A DNA stretch of 53,687 nt from Clostridiaceae bacterium (GCA_012518845.1 JAAYRJ010000047.1:1-53687); one strand, 5' to 3'. Positions 19,751 to 29,009 are shown, numbered from the stretch's first letter. Numbers and translations are program-made. The notes: generated by a model from the sequence alone, not told the origin.

Positions 19751-21142
19751 ATGAAGAAAAATCTAAATAAAATACTGTTAGTAATTGTTTGCATTAATTT
19801 AATTTTTGTGGTTACAGCAACCTTTACTTTTGCCACTGAACAGCAGCCAAATAATCAAACAAACACAACATCTAGTCAGGTGTATTTCACGGTTTCAAAA
19901 TCAGAAATTAATATAGGCGAAGAATTTTCAGTTTCAGTTATAAATAATTCAGGCAAACCAGTGACTTCAGCCTCAATTGGCCTTGACTTTGATCCGGAAC
20001 GTTTTGAAGTAGTTGATGCAAAAATTTTTGGTACAGATCCTGCCTATAAAAGCGTTAGTGAAGGTCAATATACTTTATTTAAAGTTCAAGATGCAGCGAC
20101 CCCGTATGCGGGAGAAGAAATTGCCCGTTTTGTTTTGATAGCAAAAGAAAACATTGCAGGCAATTCATCTTTACAATTGTCTACATCTAAAATAGGTTAT
20201 GGTAAAATTGGTGAGATGGTAATGGAACTACCGGTTGAGAATAAAGAAGTGACATTTACCCTAATTAATTCAAATCCAGAGGAAATACCGCTCGATACTG
20301 GTACTACAATTCCGGAACCTACAGATCAAGACGAACCTTTAATTCCGAGTGAACCAAGTCATAAAGAGCCTGAAATTACTACTTCACAGACTCTACCTTC
20401 AGAATCTGAGGAAGAAACCAAGGTAACAACCACACCTACAACTACACCAACCAGTAAAGCACAAGCAACTGAGTCAATTACCAAAGAAACTGTAGAGTCA
20501 GAGGAGCCAACAGAACCAAGCATTACAACTAATTCCACCACAGCACAACAACCAACAAAGCCAGATAATAAGCCTACATCTACAAATGAAGCCGAGTCAT
20601 CTCGAAATACACAAGATGATCAAAATAATGGCAAGGAAACTGAGCAAGAAACGATGAGAACATTTGTTATTGAAGTAAATGAAAACTCGGTGGATATTAT
20701 TGCAAATGAAGAGCAGACTGCACCAATTGCACAAGCAAATCACCCAACTCAGACTACTACAGAAACTAGAAACAATCTGCCTGCCAGCCACACCGAAAGT
20801 GAAACAAGTGACAAACCAACTGTACAAGTAGAACAAACTACTAATGAGAACAAAGAAGAAACTGAACAAAGTGAAGCCACATCTTTATCGACTGAATCAG
20901 AAGAGGAGACTGAAGCTAACAGTTCAGCCATAAAAATCGAACAAATATCTAGTCAAAATACCAAAACGAATGAGCTTGAAAACGAGGATGAGAAACAAGC
21001 TAAACAAGAAAAAGCCTTTGAATTGACAGAAGAAGAATCAGAATTGCATAATTACGTAATCATGGGCGGGTTAGCAATAATAGCTCTAGGTTCAATAGGT
21101 GCTCTTGGTTTTATGGTTTTCCATGGTAATAGGCCAAGATAG
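19751..21142 (+). CDS. Membrane-anchored cohesin-domain-like protein with a long Thr/Glu/Ser/Pro/Gln-rich stalk
   Basis: 463 aa. Signal peptide ILLVIVCINLIFVVTATFTFA. A ~140-aa beta-sandwich-like region has cohesin-type strands (VYFTVSKSEINIGEEFSVSVIN...ASIGLDFDPERFEVVDAKI...IARFVLIAKENIAGNSSLQL). A ~250-aa low-complexity spacer follows. Single C-terminal TM YVIMGGLAIIALGSIGALGFMVF with no LPXTG. Starts 12 nt after the dockerin protein. Confidence 0.55.
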   Translation: MKKNLNKILLVIVCINLIFVVTATFTFATEQQPNNQTNTTSSQVYFTVSKSEINIGEEFSVSVINNSGKPVTSASIGLDFDPERFEVVDAKIFGTDPAYKSVSEGQYTLFKVQDAATPYAGEEIARFVLIAKENIAGNSSLQLSTSKIGYGKIGEMVMELPVENKEVTFTLINSNPEEIPLDTGTTIPEPTDQDEPLIPSEPSHKEPEITTSQTLPSESEEETKVTTTPTTTPTSKAQATESITKETVESEEPTEPSITTNSTTAQQPTKPDNKPTSTNEAESSRNTQDDQNNGKETEQETMRTFVIEVNENSVDIIANEEQTAPIAQANHPTQTTTETRNNLPASHTESETSDKPTVQVEQTTNENKEETEQSEATSLSTESEEETEANSSAIKIEQISSQNTKTNELENEDEKQAKQEKAFELTEEESELHNYVIMGGLAIIALGSIGALGFMVFHGNRPR

Positions 21143-21155
21143 GAAGGCATGTGTT

Positions 21156-21644
21156 TTGACAAATAGGGATTCCGCAGAGAGTTTCAAGAAAAAAATAAAA
21201 TCTAAGGAATTTATTATTTATCTGATTGTAGGGGTAATTGTTACTCTTGTAAACTGGTTGACATATACACTCTTATTTACAATCTGGCAAAATAGCAATT
21301 GGCGTTTAGCAAATTTTATTGCTATTTTCACTTCGATCTTAGTTGCCTATTTTTTAAACAGAAATTATGTTTTTCAGTCTAAAGCTAATATTTTTCCAGA
21401 AATAATTTACTTCTTTGCTTCGAGATTAGTCATTTCAGCTATATTTGAACATGGAGTTATGGAATTAATGATTAATGTTTTAAACTTTAATCCAGTTCTT
21501 CATGTTTTCCAATTTGATTTTCCAATTATTAAAGTTATAGGCTCAGTTTTTGTAATCATTGGAAATTATATAGTAGGAAAGTTTTTAATCTTTTCTGAAG
21601 ACAAGTATTTTGTAAAAAGACAGAGCAAAATTTCACAAAAATAA
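21156..21644 (+). CDS. GtrA-family membrane protein (polyprenyl-linked sugar translocation family)
   Basis: Four predicted TM segments. EFIIYLIVGVIVTLVNWLTYTLLF...LANFIAIFTSILVAYFLNRNYVF matches the GtrA-like signature. The track ORF opens at 21099 inside the previous gene. TTG 21156 follows an AGGAAGG RBS (21141-21147). Confidence 0.7.
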   Translation: MTNRDSAESFKKKIKSKEFIIYLIVGVIVTLVNWLTYTLLFTIWQNSNWRLANFIAIFTSILVAYFLNRNYVFQSKANIFPEIIYFFASRLVISAIFEHGVMELMINVLNFNPVLHVFQFDFPIIKVIGSVFVIIGNYIVGKFLIFSEDKYFVKRQSKISQK

Positions 21645-21665
21645 TTTTTCACGATAGGTGTTAGA

Positions 21666-23159
21666 ATGACTAATTATGAACGAAAAATACATAATTCAAA
21701 ATCAAACGTAGATTGGTCTTTTGATCAGGCAATTGAGTTTTTAGCTTCTGCAAAACGACTTAGTAAAAGACCTGGTTTGCCACGACTAAAAGAATTATTG
21801 ACAAGATTAGGAAACCCTCATTTTGCTTGTCCTGTTATCCACGTTGCAGGCACAAATGGCAAAAGTACTGTTTGTTCAATGATTGCTTTTATTGCAGCAG
21901 AAGCTGGTAAAAAAGTAGGTCTTTTTACTTCGCCTTATTTAAAAAATATTACTGAAAAAATTCGCATGTTAGATGGTAAAAGTGGATTACAACAAGTTTT
22001 TGAAGATTCACGTGCTGTAGAAATTTCTGAGCAAAACTTTACTAATATTATGGCTGTTATTGCCTTTGAAATAGAAGTGATGAAGGCAAAGGGATATGGA
22101 ATTCCTTCCGAAGAAGAAATCCTAATAGCTGCTGCCTTTATCTATTACGCCGAAATGGAATGCGATTTACTTATTTTAGAAACTGGTATGGGTGGCATCA
22201 TGGATGCAACAAATATCACAACAAATAAAATTGCTACTATTATAACTGCTTTAAGTTATGACCATGTCGAACCAATGGGTAAAGACATTACAGAAATTGC
22301 AAAAGAAAAAACAGGAATTATCCAAAAAGATGTTCCAACTTTTCTATATGATCCTTTCGATACAGTTCTATCTGAGGAAGATGCTGCCAAAGTTACAGAT
22401 GTTTTTATCAAGGAAACTAACAAATTAAACTCACCCTTAAAAATTGTCAAACGATCTAATTTAGAGATTATTTCATCATATCTTTCTGGTCAGTCTTTTA
22501 AATATAAAGATTTAGGTCCATTTACAATTCAATTTGGTGGCGATTATCAAGCACAAAATGCGGCTCTAGCTATTGAGGGCTCAATGCTTTTTACAGATAC
22601 TCACACAATCGAGAATGGACTTGCTTTAGCCAGATGGCCAGGCAGATTAGAATCAGTGACCAAAGATCCCTATGTACTTATTGATGGTGCACACAATCAA
22701 CAAGGTGTATTAGGACTTAAAAAACATCTTGAAAAATTCTTTGCAGGTCAAAAGATTATCGTATTGATGGATGCTTTAAAAGGTAAAAATTTTCATGAAA
22801 TGATCGAAACCTTCCTCTCATCAAATCTCTATTCTGTATCTCAAATAATTTGCACAGAATCTGATTTTGAGAAAAAATTATCTGCTAAAAAATTTGCCAA
22901 AAAAGTTCAGAAGATCAAAGCAAAAGGGAAATCTAAAGAAAATCTAGAAATGCTACAAATAGACGAAAACTTATTGAAGTGTTGTGTAAAAATTAATGAC
23001 AAAATTATTTTATATTCAGACGATAGAAAATTAGCAACTAAATATGCTTATAAATTAGCCGTAGAAAACAATGTACCGTTAATTGTGTTTGGATCACAAT
23101 ATTTGATCGGCAATGTTAGATCAGGCTTGTATGATTTGTCGAAAGGTAAAGAAATTTGA
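21666..23159 (+). CDS. folC: Folylpolyglutamate synthase / dihydrofolate synthase
   Basis: 497 aa. Mur-ligase P-loop HVAGTNGKSTV, ILETGMGG, VLIDGAHN. It has a C-terminal extension relative to typical FolC. Confidence 0.85.
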   Translation: MTNYERKIHNSKSNVDWSFDQAIEFLASAKRLSKRPGLPRLKELLTRLGNPHFACPVIHVAGTNGKSTVCSMIAFIAAEAGKKVGLFTSPYLKNITEKIRMLDGKSGLQQVFEDSRAVEISEQNFTNIMAVIAFEIEVMKAKGYGIPSEEEILIAAAFIYYAEMECDLLILETGMGGIMDATNITTNKIATIITALSYDHVEPMGKDITEIAKEKTGIIQKDVPTFLYDPFDTVLSEEDAAKVTDVFIKETNKLNSPLKIVKRSNLEIISSYLSGQSFKYKDLGPFTIQFGGDYQAQNAALAIEGSMLFTDTHTIENGLALARWPGRLESVTKDPYVLIDGAHNQQGVLGLKKHLEKFFAGQKIIVLMDALKGKNFHEMIETFLSSNLYSVSQIICTESDFEKKLSAKKFAKKVQKIKAKGKSKENLEMLQIDENLLKCCVKINDKIILYSDDRKLATKYAYKLAVENNVPLIVFGSQYLIGNVRSGLYDLSKGKEI

Positions 23160-23941
23160 ATTGGCAAAGATACTATAAATTTTTTAATTATTTAAATATA
23201 GCAGAGGCCGATTATTTTGCAACGCCCGAAAAAGCAACCCAAGCTATTTCTACATATAATCGTGCCTTAAGAATGCTCAAAAATAACAAAGATCAAACGG
23301 AGGCAATCAAGCTAATCCAAACTATAGCTGATGACTATCCAATGTTTCCAGAACCTTCACATATATATGGAATTCATTTAGCTGAGCAAGGTGAATATAA
23401 GGAAGCATTAGAGTATCTTAAAAGAGTCTCATTACTTGATATTACGGATGAAATGGCCAATATGCTACAGGAACAATTTGTAGTGATTGAACGCGAACTA
23501 AAAGCCGAAAGAAGTAGTGCAAGAACTCAGACACAGAAAACTAAAGAAACTCCACAAAACAAAAAAGCCTCATTAGGATCTGTTTTGCAAAAAGCACCCA
23601 AACATCACAATAAGGAAAGTTTAAGCAAGTCAGAGATCAATGCTATTAATAAAAAGCTAGGTAACGAAGATCCTAGTGATTTAAGTGAAGAGATAGCAAG
23701 AGAAAATCGAGTTTCAGATCGCAGATTTTTGATTTCTGTATTTGTTGTTGCCGTTTTGGTAATTAGTATTTTTTATTTTGTGATTAGACCAGCAGTAGTA
23801 AATCGCCTAGATGGTGGACAAACAGTTAATCAATTGCAATGGTTAGAAAATGAAATTACTGATAGAGCTAAAGACGATCCAGAAATAAATAAATTACTTA
23901 ATGATTATTTGTCAGAATTTAGTGATGAATCTGATAAATAA
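23156..23941 (+). CDS. Hypothetical single-pass membrane protein with an N-terminal TPR-like region
   Basis: 261 aa, with a TTG start overlapping the folC TGA (TTGA). TPR-like AEQGEYKEALEYLKRV, a basic low-complexity middle and a TM segment FLISVFVVAVLVISIFYFVI. Confidence 0.45.
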   Translation: MNWQRYYKFFNYLNIAEADYFATPEKATQAISTYNRALRMLKNNKDQTEAIKLIQTIADDYPMFPEPSHIYGIHLAEQGEYKEALEYLKRVSLLDITDEMANMLQEQFVVIERELKAERSSARTQTQKTKETPQNKKASLGSVLQKAPKHHNKESLSKSEINAINKKLGNEDPSDLSEEIARENRVSDRRFLISVFVVAVLVISIFYFVIRPAVVNRLDGGQTVNQLQWLENEITDRAKDDPEINKLLNDYLSEFSDESDK

Positions 23942-23976
23942 TAACGACAATTTACCGACAACAGAAATGGTGAAAA

Positions 23977-25620
23977 ATGCAATATCAAACGACACGTAAT
24001 TCCAAAAAATTATATTCTTTCGAAGAAATGATCAGGACAAACATTCCAGTTTCAGATGGATATTTTGTACCAGAAAAAATGCCAGTTCTTTCGGATACAT
24101 TTATAAACGAATTAAGACCATTGAATTTTTTAGAAAGAGCAAAGAAAATATTTTCCGTTTTTGCTCCTGATCTAGACGAAAGCCTTATTTCAGATATTAT
24201 TGAATCGGCGTGGCGAGATGATTTTGAACTCGAAAAATTACCTGAGAGTAAATTGTTAAATCCTTATTTAGAAAACCCAGCATTTATCTTTATGTGTAAC
24301 GGAAAAACAGGATCCTACTTGGATTTTGTACATTCTTTTTTACTCTCGATCATTAAATATTTAAGCAAAAAAGATGAAAAATGGTTATTGATAACCAATG
24401 AAAAAAACACTGATATCAAAGCTATGTTGGGCTTAGATTTTGATCCTGAGCAATTTACTCCTGTTATCATTGTCAACAGTCGCAATACCAATAATTTTAC
24501 TTTGCGTGAAATGCAGTATATCTGGAATGAAAAGCATTTTTCTTATAACGACCAGGAAGTAAATAAAGAACAAGAAGAAATATTAACTTCTGATCAAAAT
24601 CGCGATACAACTAATTTAGAAGATCTAAGCAATAACAAAATTTTAGATTTTTCGGACGATTTTGTTGAAGCAAACAAACTGGATGTTTTTCGTGTCAAAG
24701 CAGATATTAGAGAATTTGAAAGAATAACGGAGACTTTATTTCAAAATCAAGAATTAAGAGCAAAGCTACAAGATAAAAATATACACCTATTCCATATGGG
24801 TAGTTTAAATTTTGCCTATTATATTGCTTTAGTCATGCTCTTAATTTCTGCATATCTAGATTTAATTGAGGCAGAAGTATTAGAAAATGATGAAAATTTT
24901 ATATTTGCTTTTCCTAACAACAATTTAGATTTTCTATATGCAGGTATATTACTCATAGAATTAGGTTTACCAATCTCTAAATTTTCTCTTACCACTAATA
25001 GGAACAAATCGATTATTGAGTTTTTGGACAAGGGCACTCTCAAGGAAAATCGTAAGTTTTTTAATACCAATACAGAAGGATTAGACCAAATCTATTTTCC
25101 AAATCTCGAATATTTTATCTTTGAAATAGTTAATCGTGATGTGGATAAAACAAAGCAAGCACTTGAAGATTTAAGTTCAAATCAAAATGAAACATTAATC
25201 AATATTTTAGAAGACTTTAGAAATGTTATTCAAACAGATAGTATTTCTAATAAAAAAATAAAGAAACAAATCAGTGATTGGTATTTGCGAACAGATTACC
25301 TTTTTGATCCATATACTGCTTTGGTATTTGAGCATTTAACTAAAACAGGAAAAATTGAATCCAGCCAAGAAAAAATAATAATCCCAGTAATTGAGCATCC
25401 TCTATTATCATCTCAATTGATGGCAGAAGCCATTTTTTCTAAAAAACAAACTAAAAGAAAACATTTTAATCAAATTATGGCAATGGTTAGTGAAGAAAGT
25501 GGTCTCACAGCTCCAGTTTCGGCTCTTTCAACCACAGCTTCACCCGAGGTTATCTACCTCGAAATAAAGGATTTGATATCAAAACTTGAGGAAGTGTTCT
25601 TAAATGAAGAAGTAGAGTAA
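23977..25620 (+). CDS. Threonine synthase-like protein with a degenerate active site (probable pseudoenzyme)
   Basis: 547 aa. The ThrC N-terminal signature is kept (YQTTRNSKKLYSFEEMIRTNIPVSDGYFVPEKMP), as is the C-terminal block FPNNNLDFLYAGILLIELGLPISKFSLTTNRNKSIIEFLDKG, which parallels E. coli ThrC PSGNFGDLTAGLLAKSLGLPVKRFIAATNVNDTVPRFLHDG. The PLP-lysine site TLAFKDFG is replaced by TGSYLDFV, and ATSGDTG by TNEKNTD. Confidence 0.65.
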   Translation: MQYQTTRNSKKLYSFEEMIRTNIPVSDGYFVPEKMPVLSDTFINELRPLNFLERAKKIFSVFAPDLDESLISDIIESAWRDDFELEKLPESKLLNPYLENPAFIFMCNGKTGSYLDFVHSFLLSIIKYLSKKDEKWLLITNEKNTDIKAMLGLDFDPEQFTPVIIVNSRNTNNFTLREMQYIWNEKHFSYNDQEVNKEQEEILTSDQNRDTTNLEDLSNNKILDFSDDFVEANKLDVFRVKADIREFERITETLFQNQELRAKLQDKNIHLFHMGSLNFAYYIALVMLLISAYLDLIEAEVLENDENFIFAFPNNNLDFLYAGILLIELGLPISKFSLTTNRNKSIIEFLDKGTLKENRKFFNTNTEGLDQIYFPNLEYFIFEIVNRDVDKTKQALEDLSSNQNETLINILEDFRNVIQTDSISNKKIKKQISDWYLRTDYLFDPYTALVFEHLTKTGKIESSQEKIIIPVIEHPLLSSQLMAEAIFSKKQTKRKHFNQIMAMVSEESGLTAPVSALSTTASPEVIYLEIKDLISKLEEVFLNEEVE

Positions 25621-25628
25621 GTAGGGTC

Positions 25629-25669
25629 AAAATGCAACTATTTAACTTTTATTAAATAGCTGCATTTTT
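25629..25669. terminator. Hairpin between convergent genes (bidirectional terminator candidate) overlapping the prfC stop
   Basis: AAAATGCAACTATTTA (25629-25644) pairs with TAAATAGCTGCATTTT (25653-25668). This is 16 bp with one mismatch and an 8-nt loop, with A/T runs on both sides. Confidence 0.55.
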
Positions 25670-27274
25670 AATAGATTGCAATGTCAGACCAGGATTTTGT
25701 TGCTCAACCCAAGAAGTAGACCATTTACTTTCAAACAAAATAACTGGATTATTTTGACTATCTTCTACTAAAAGATTATTAGAAGCAAGCACAATATCGG
25801 TATGACTTTTTGCTTGAGCCGGGTCTTCCCAAACTGCCCAGCGTGCAACCCGATAAGGTAGCCGTTGAATTGCGAGATCAACATTGTACTCATTTTTGAG
25901 ACGGTGTTCAAGAACATCAAATTGCAAAGTTCCTACAACACCAATAATATAAGTCTCTGTTCCTATATCGTATTGTTGATAGAGCTGGATTGCACCTTCT
26001 TCTGCAAGTTGATTTATACCTTTTTGAAATTGTTTGCGTTTCATTGAATCCTTAGCACTTACTCTGGCAAAATGTTCTGGTGGGAAAACAGGAATATCTT
26101 CAAAATTCAAAGTTTGATTTAACGTTAGTGTGTCACCAATTTTAAATTGACCTGTATCAAATAAACCAATAATATCACCAGCATAAGCATTTTCTACAAA
26201 AGTACGATCTTGGGCCATGAATTGCTGTGGTTGTGCAAGTTTGACCTTTTGACCAGATCTAACATTGTTTACAGTCATATCTTTTTCATATTTACCAGAA
26301 CAAATTCGCATAAAACTAATACGATCACGATGTTCAGGATTCATATTGGCTTGAATCTTAAAAACAAAAGCTGTAAAAGGATTTTCAATAGGATCAATAA
26401 TGCCAATATCTGACTTACGAGGTGCAGGCGAGGGCGACATTTCTAAAAATTCTTGTAAAAAGAATTCTACCCCAAAATTATTCAAGGCTGAGCCAAAGAA
26501 TAAGGGAGTTTGTTCGCCTATTGCAACTTTATCTAAATCTAAATCATCGCCAGCGATATCGAGTAATTCAATATCTTCGGATAATTTATCGTGATAATAA
26601 TCACCGATTTGATCAGCTAAATTTGGATCAGCTAAATCTGCAACTTTGACACTGACCATCTTTGCACCGTGATCCGCATTTTTGTCATCAAATAATTCTA
26701 TTTGATTTAGCTTACGATTATAAACACCTTGAAAATCTCCATCTGTACCAATCGGCCAATTGATTGGTACAGCAAAAATACCTAAAACTTTTTCTAGCTC
26801 ATCCATTAAGTCAAAAGGTGATTTAGCAGCACGATCCATCTTATTAATAAAAGTAAAAATCGGAATTCCGCGTAAACGGCAAACTTCAAATAACTTTATT
26901 GTTTGTTCTTCAACCCCGCGTCCACCATCAATCATCATGATAGCAGCGTCTGCCGCACAGAGCGTCCGATAAGTATCTTCAGAAAAATCCTGATGACCTG
27001 GAGTATCCAAAATATTAACGCAATAACCATCGTATTCAAATTGGAGCACAGATGAAGAAACAGAAATCCCCCTTTGTTTTTCTATTTCCATCCAATCAGA
27101 AGTAGCATGGCGAGCCGCTTTACGTCCCTTTACGGTTCCAGCTAGATGAATAGCACCACCATATAACAACAGCTTTTCAGTCATAGTTGTTTTACCAGCA
27201 TCAGGATGAGAAATAATAGCAAAGGTTCTCCTCCTTTTTATTTCTTTTTCTAAAACCTTATTTTCTTTACTCAC
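25652..27274 (-). CDS. prfC: Peptide chain release factor 3
   Basis: 540 aa. GTPase motifs AIISHPDAGKTT, DTPGHQDF and NKMD, and RF3-typical length and domain order. Confidence 0.95.
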   Translation of the reverse strand: MSKENKVLEKEIKRRRTFAIISHPDAGKTTMTEKLLLYGGAIHLAGTVKGRKAARHATSDWMEIEKQRGISVSSSVLQFEYDGYCVNILDTPGHQDFSEDTYRTLCAADAAIMMIDGGRGVEEQTIKLFEVCRLRGIPIFTFINKMDRAAKSPFDLMDELEKVLGIFAVPINWPIGTDGDFQGVYNRKLNQIELFDDKNADHGAKMVSVKVADLADPNLADQIGDYYHDKLSEDIELLDIAGDDLDLDKVAIGEQTPLFFGSALNNFGVEFFLQEFLEMSPSPAPRKSDIGIIDPIENPFTAFVFKIQANMNPEHRDRISFMRICSGKYEKDMTVNNVRSGQKVKLAQPQQFMAQDRTFVENAYAGDIIGLFDTGQFKIGDTLTLNQTLNFEDIPVFPPEHFARVSAKDSMKRKQFQKGINQLAEEGAIQLYQQYDIGTETYIIGVVGTLQFDVLEHRLKNEYNVDLAIQRLPYRVARWAVWEDPAQAKSHTDIVLASNNLLVEDSQNNPVILFESKWSTSWVEQQNPGLTLQSIKNAAI

Positions 27275-27451
27275 TTTGGCTAAATATTCTCCTTTAATTG
27301 GATATCTTTATTTATTACTATAAATATCTTATAGATTTATCTATATTATTCAAAACAAGCTGATTATATCAAAAACTAGATCTCAAAAAAAATCTATTGT
27401 ATAGTTACTAGATAAAAGTTTAGAATTTCAAAAAATATTAGTGGGATAAAC

Positions 27452-28888
27452 ATGAGCAAAACAACAAAACAAAAAACAACTTTCAGCTTAATAATCTTGT
27501 TATTAATAAGCTTTTTACTAATTAATTTGGGCAATGCCAAAACTCAAATAGTGCAAGCCAATATTTTTGGTTTTTTTAAAGATGAAGATAGCCAAGTAAC
27601 AGAGCTAGACAACCAGAATATTTCTATTCAGACAGATGACAGTTACTGGTTACTACCCGGAAATTTTTTAGAACAGGAAGAGCCACAACAAGATATTACT
27701 TATCCTGATTTTTCGGAAATTGAAGCAGCCCAATATATTGTTATGGATATGGAAAGTGGCGAAGTTTTACTTGAACAAGGCATGAATGAGATAGCATATC
27801 CAGCAAGCATGACAAAAATCTTAACTGCACTAACTGTTTTAGAATCTCCTGATTTTGATCTAGAAAAACCAATTGTTTTTTCAGAATATGCAGTTGAAAT
27901 GCCCTCACCAGTATCAGTAACCGCAGGTTTTTCTCCTGGCGAAGAATCAACAACTAAAAACGCTCTTGCCTTAATGTTAATTAAGTCAGCTAATGATTGT
28001 GCAAAAGCGTTAGCAGAAAATTATGGTGGTACAGAAGCAGATTTTGTAAACTTAATGAATGAAAAAGCAGAGGAAATTGGTTGTACAAATACTAATATGA
28101 CAGAAGCTGCTGGTTTTGGTTTGGAAGATCATTATTTCTCACCCCATGATCTTGCCTTGATCATTCAAAGAGCTATGCAAAATGAAGTTTTTAAAGAGAT
28201 CGTTTCAACCAAAACCTATTTTGCGGAGCCAACATCTTTTAGACCATCAACAGGTTGGGAAGTAATCAATAATAGTAACCTTTTATTGCTGCAAGGGGAC
28301 GATTTATTAAATTCTCCTTATCTTCACACATATGACGGTGTAAAAACTGGTACCACAGATCTTGCAGGTCATTGTCTATCTGCAACTGTTCATACTTATG
28401 ATGGTAGACATTTATGTGGAATTATTTTTAATGGCAATCTAGAATTAGGATCGGGTAGAACGCAAGTTGGTGTTTTGCTTAGAGGAATTTTAGAACAAGC
28501 TGCAATTAATGCTAATTGTCCAGCTGATGAAGCAGCATTAGAATTTTTAAAAGATCATACAGAAGTAGTTGCAAAAATTCAAGAAGTAAAAAATGAACAA
28601 ATAAATCAAATATTTGGTTTAAATGAGAAAGCAGAACAAGAGGCTCAAGTAACAGAGACAACTCCTCCTCAAACAATAAATGAAGAGACTTATACTGAAA
28701 CAATGCTAGAGGAGCGAGCTGATCAATTAGAACCTTCAGACCAGACAGAATCTTCGGAGCAAACAAATTTATTACAAAAAATTAAAGATCTACCTAATAC
28801 AGTAATCATGGGTCTTTTATTTCTTTTGTTTATATTACTAATATTTCTTTTTATTAAACTCCTCAAACCAAGAAAAAAGAAAAAATAA
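27452..28888 (+). CDS. Serine-type D-alanyl-D-alanine carboxypeptidase (PBP5/DacB-like low-molecular-weight PBP) with C-terminal membrane anchor
   Basis: 478 aa. Signal peptide, SxxK (PASMTKILT), SxN (KSANDCA), KTG (VKTGTT), an acidic linker and a C-terminal TM VIMGLLFLLFILLIFLFI followed by KPRKKKK. Confidence 0.85.
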   Translation: MSKTTKQKTTFSLIILLLISFLLINLGNAKTQIVQANIFGFFKDEDSQVTELDNQNISIQTDDSYWLLPGNFLEQEEPQQDITYPDFSEIEAAQYIVMDMESGEVLLEQGMNEIAYPASMTKILTALTVLESPDFDLEKPIVFSEYAVEMPSPVSVTAGFSPGEESTTKNALALMLIKSANDCAKALAENYGGTEADFVNLMNEKAEEIGCTNTNMTEAAGFGLEDHYFSPHDLALIIQRAMQNEVFKEIVSTKTYFAEPTSFRPSTGWEVINNSNLLLLQGDDLLNSPYLHTYDGVKTGTTDLAGHCLSATVHTYDGRHLCGIIFNGNLELGSGRTQVGVLLRGILEQAAINANCPADEAALEFLKDHTEVVAKIQEVKNEQINQIFGLNEKAEQEAQVTETTPPQTINEETYTETMLEERADQLEPSDQTESSEQTNLLQKIKDLPNTVIMGLLFLLFILLIFLFIKLLKPRKKKK

Positions 28889-28980
28889 AGCTATTAACAA
28901 AACTGCCTCAAGCGAAAAAGAAAGAAAAATAAAGATAACAAGTGAAAAATACAGATAGTTATATCTAAATCACAAAAAAC

Positions 28981-29009
28981 TTGACAAGTCAATATTGCTT
29001 TTGTATAGT
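28981..29009 (+). promoter_or_regulatory. Consensus-like sigma-A promoter for rplM-rpsI
   Basis: TTGACA (28981-28986), 17-nt spacer, TATAGT (29004-29009). Confidence 0.6.

Noticed and set aside
20359-20931. Three antisense ORFs (20359-20541, 20597-20869, 20749-20931) inside the cohesin-like gene
   Set aside because: They lie opposite the Thr/Glu/Ser-rich low-complexity spacer, whose codon repetition keeps reverse frames open. They have no RBS and biased Ser/Val/Cys-rich translations. They look like artefacts.
25865-26972. Five plus-strand ORFs (60-75 aa) antisense to prfC
   Set aside because: prfC is continuous and carries all GTPase motifs. The antisense frames have no RBS and no recognisable domains.
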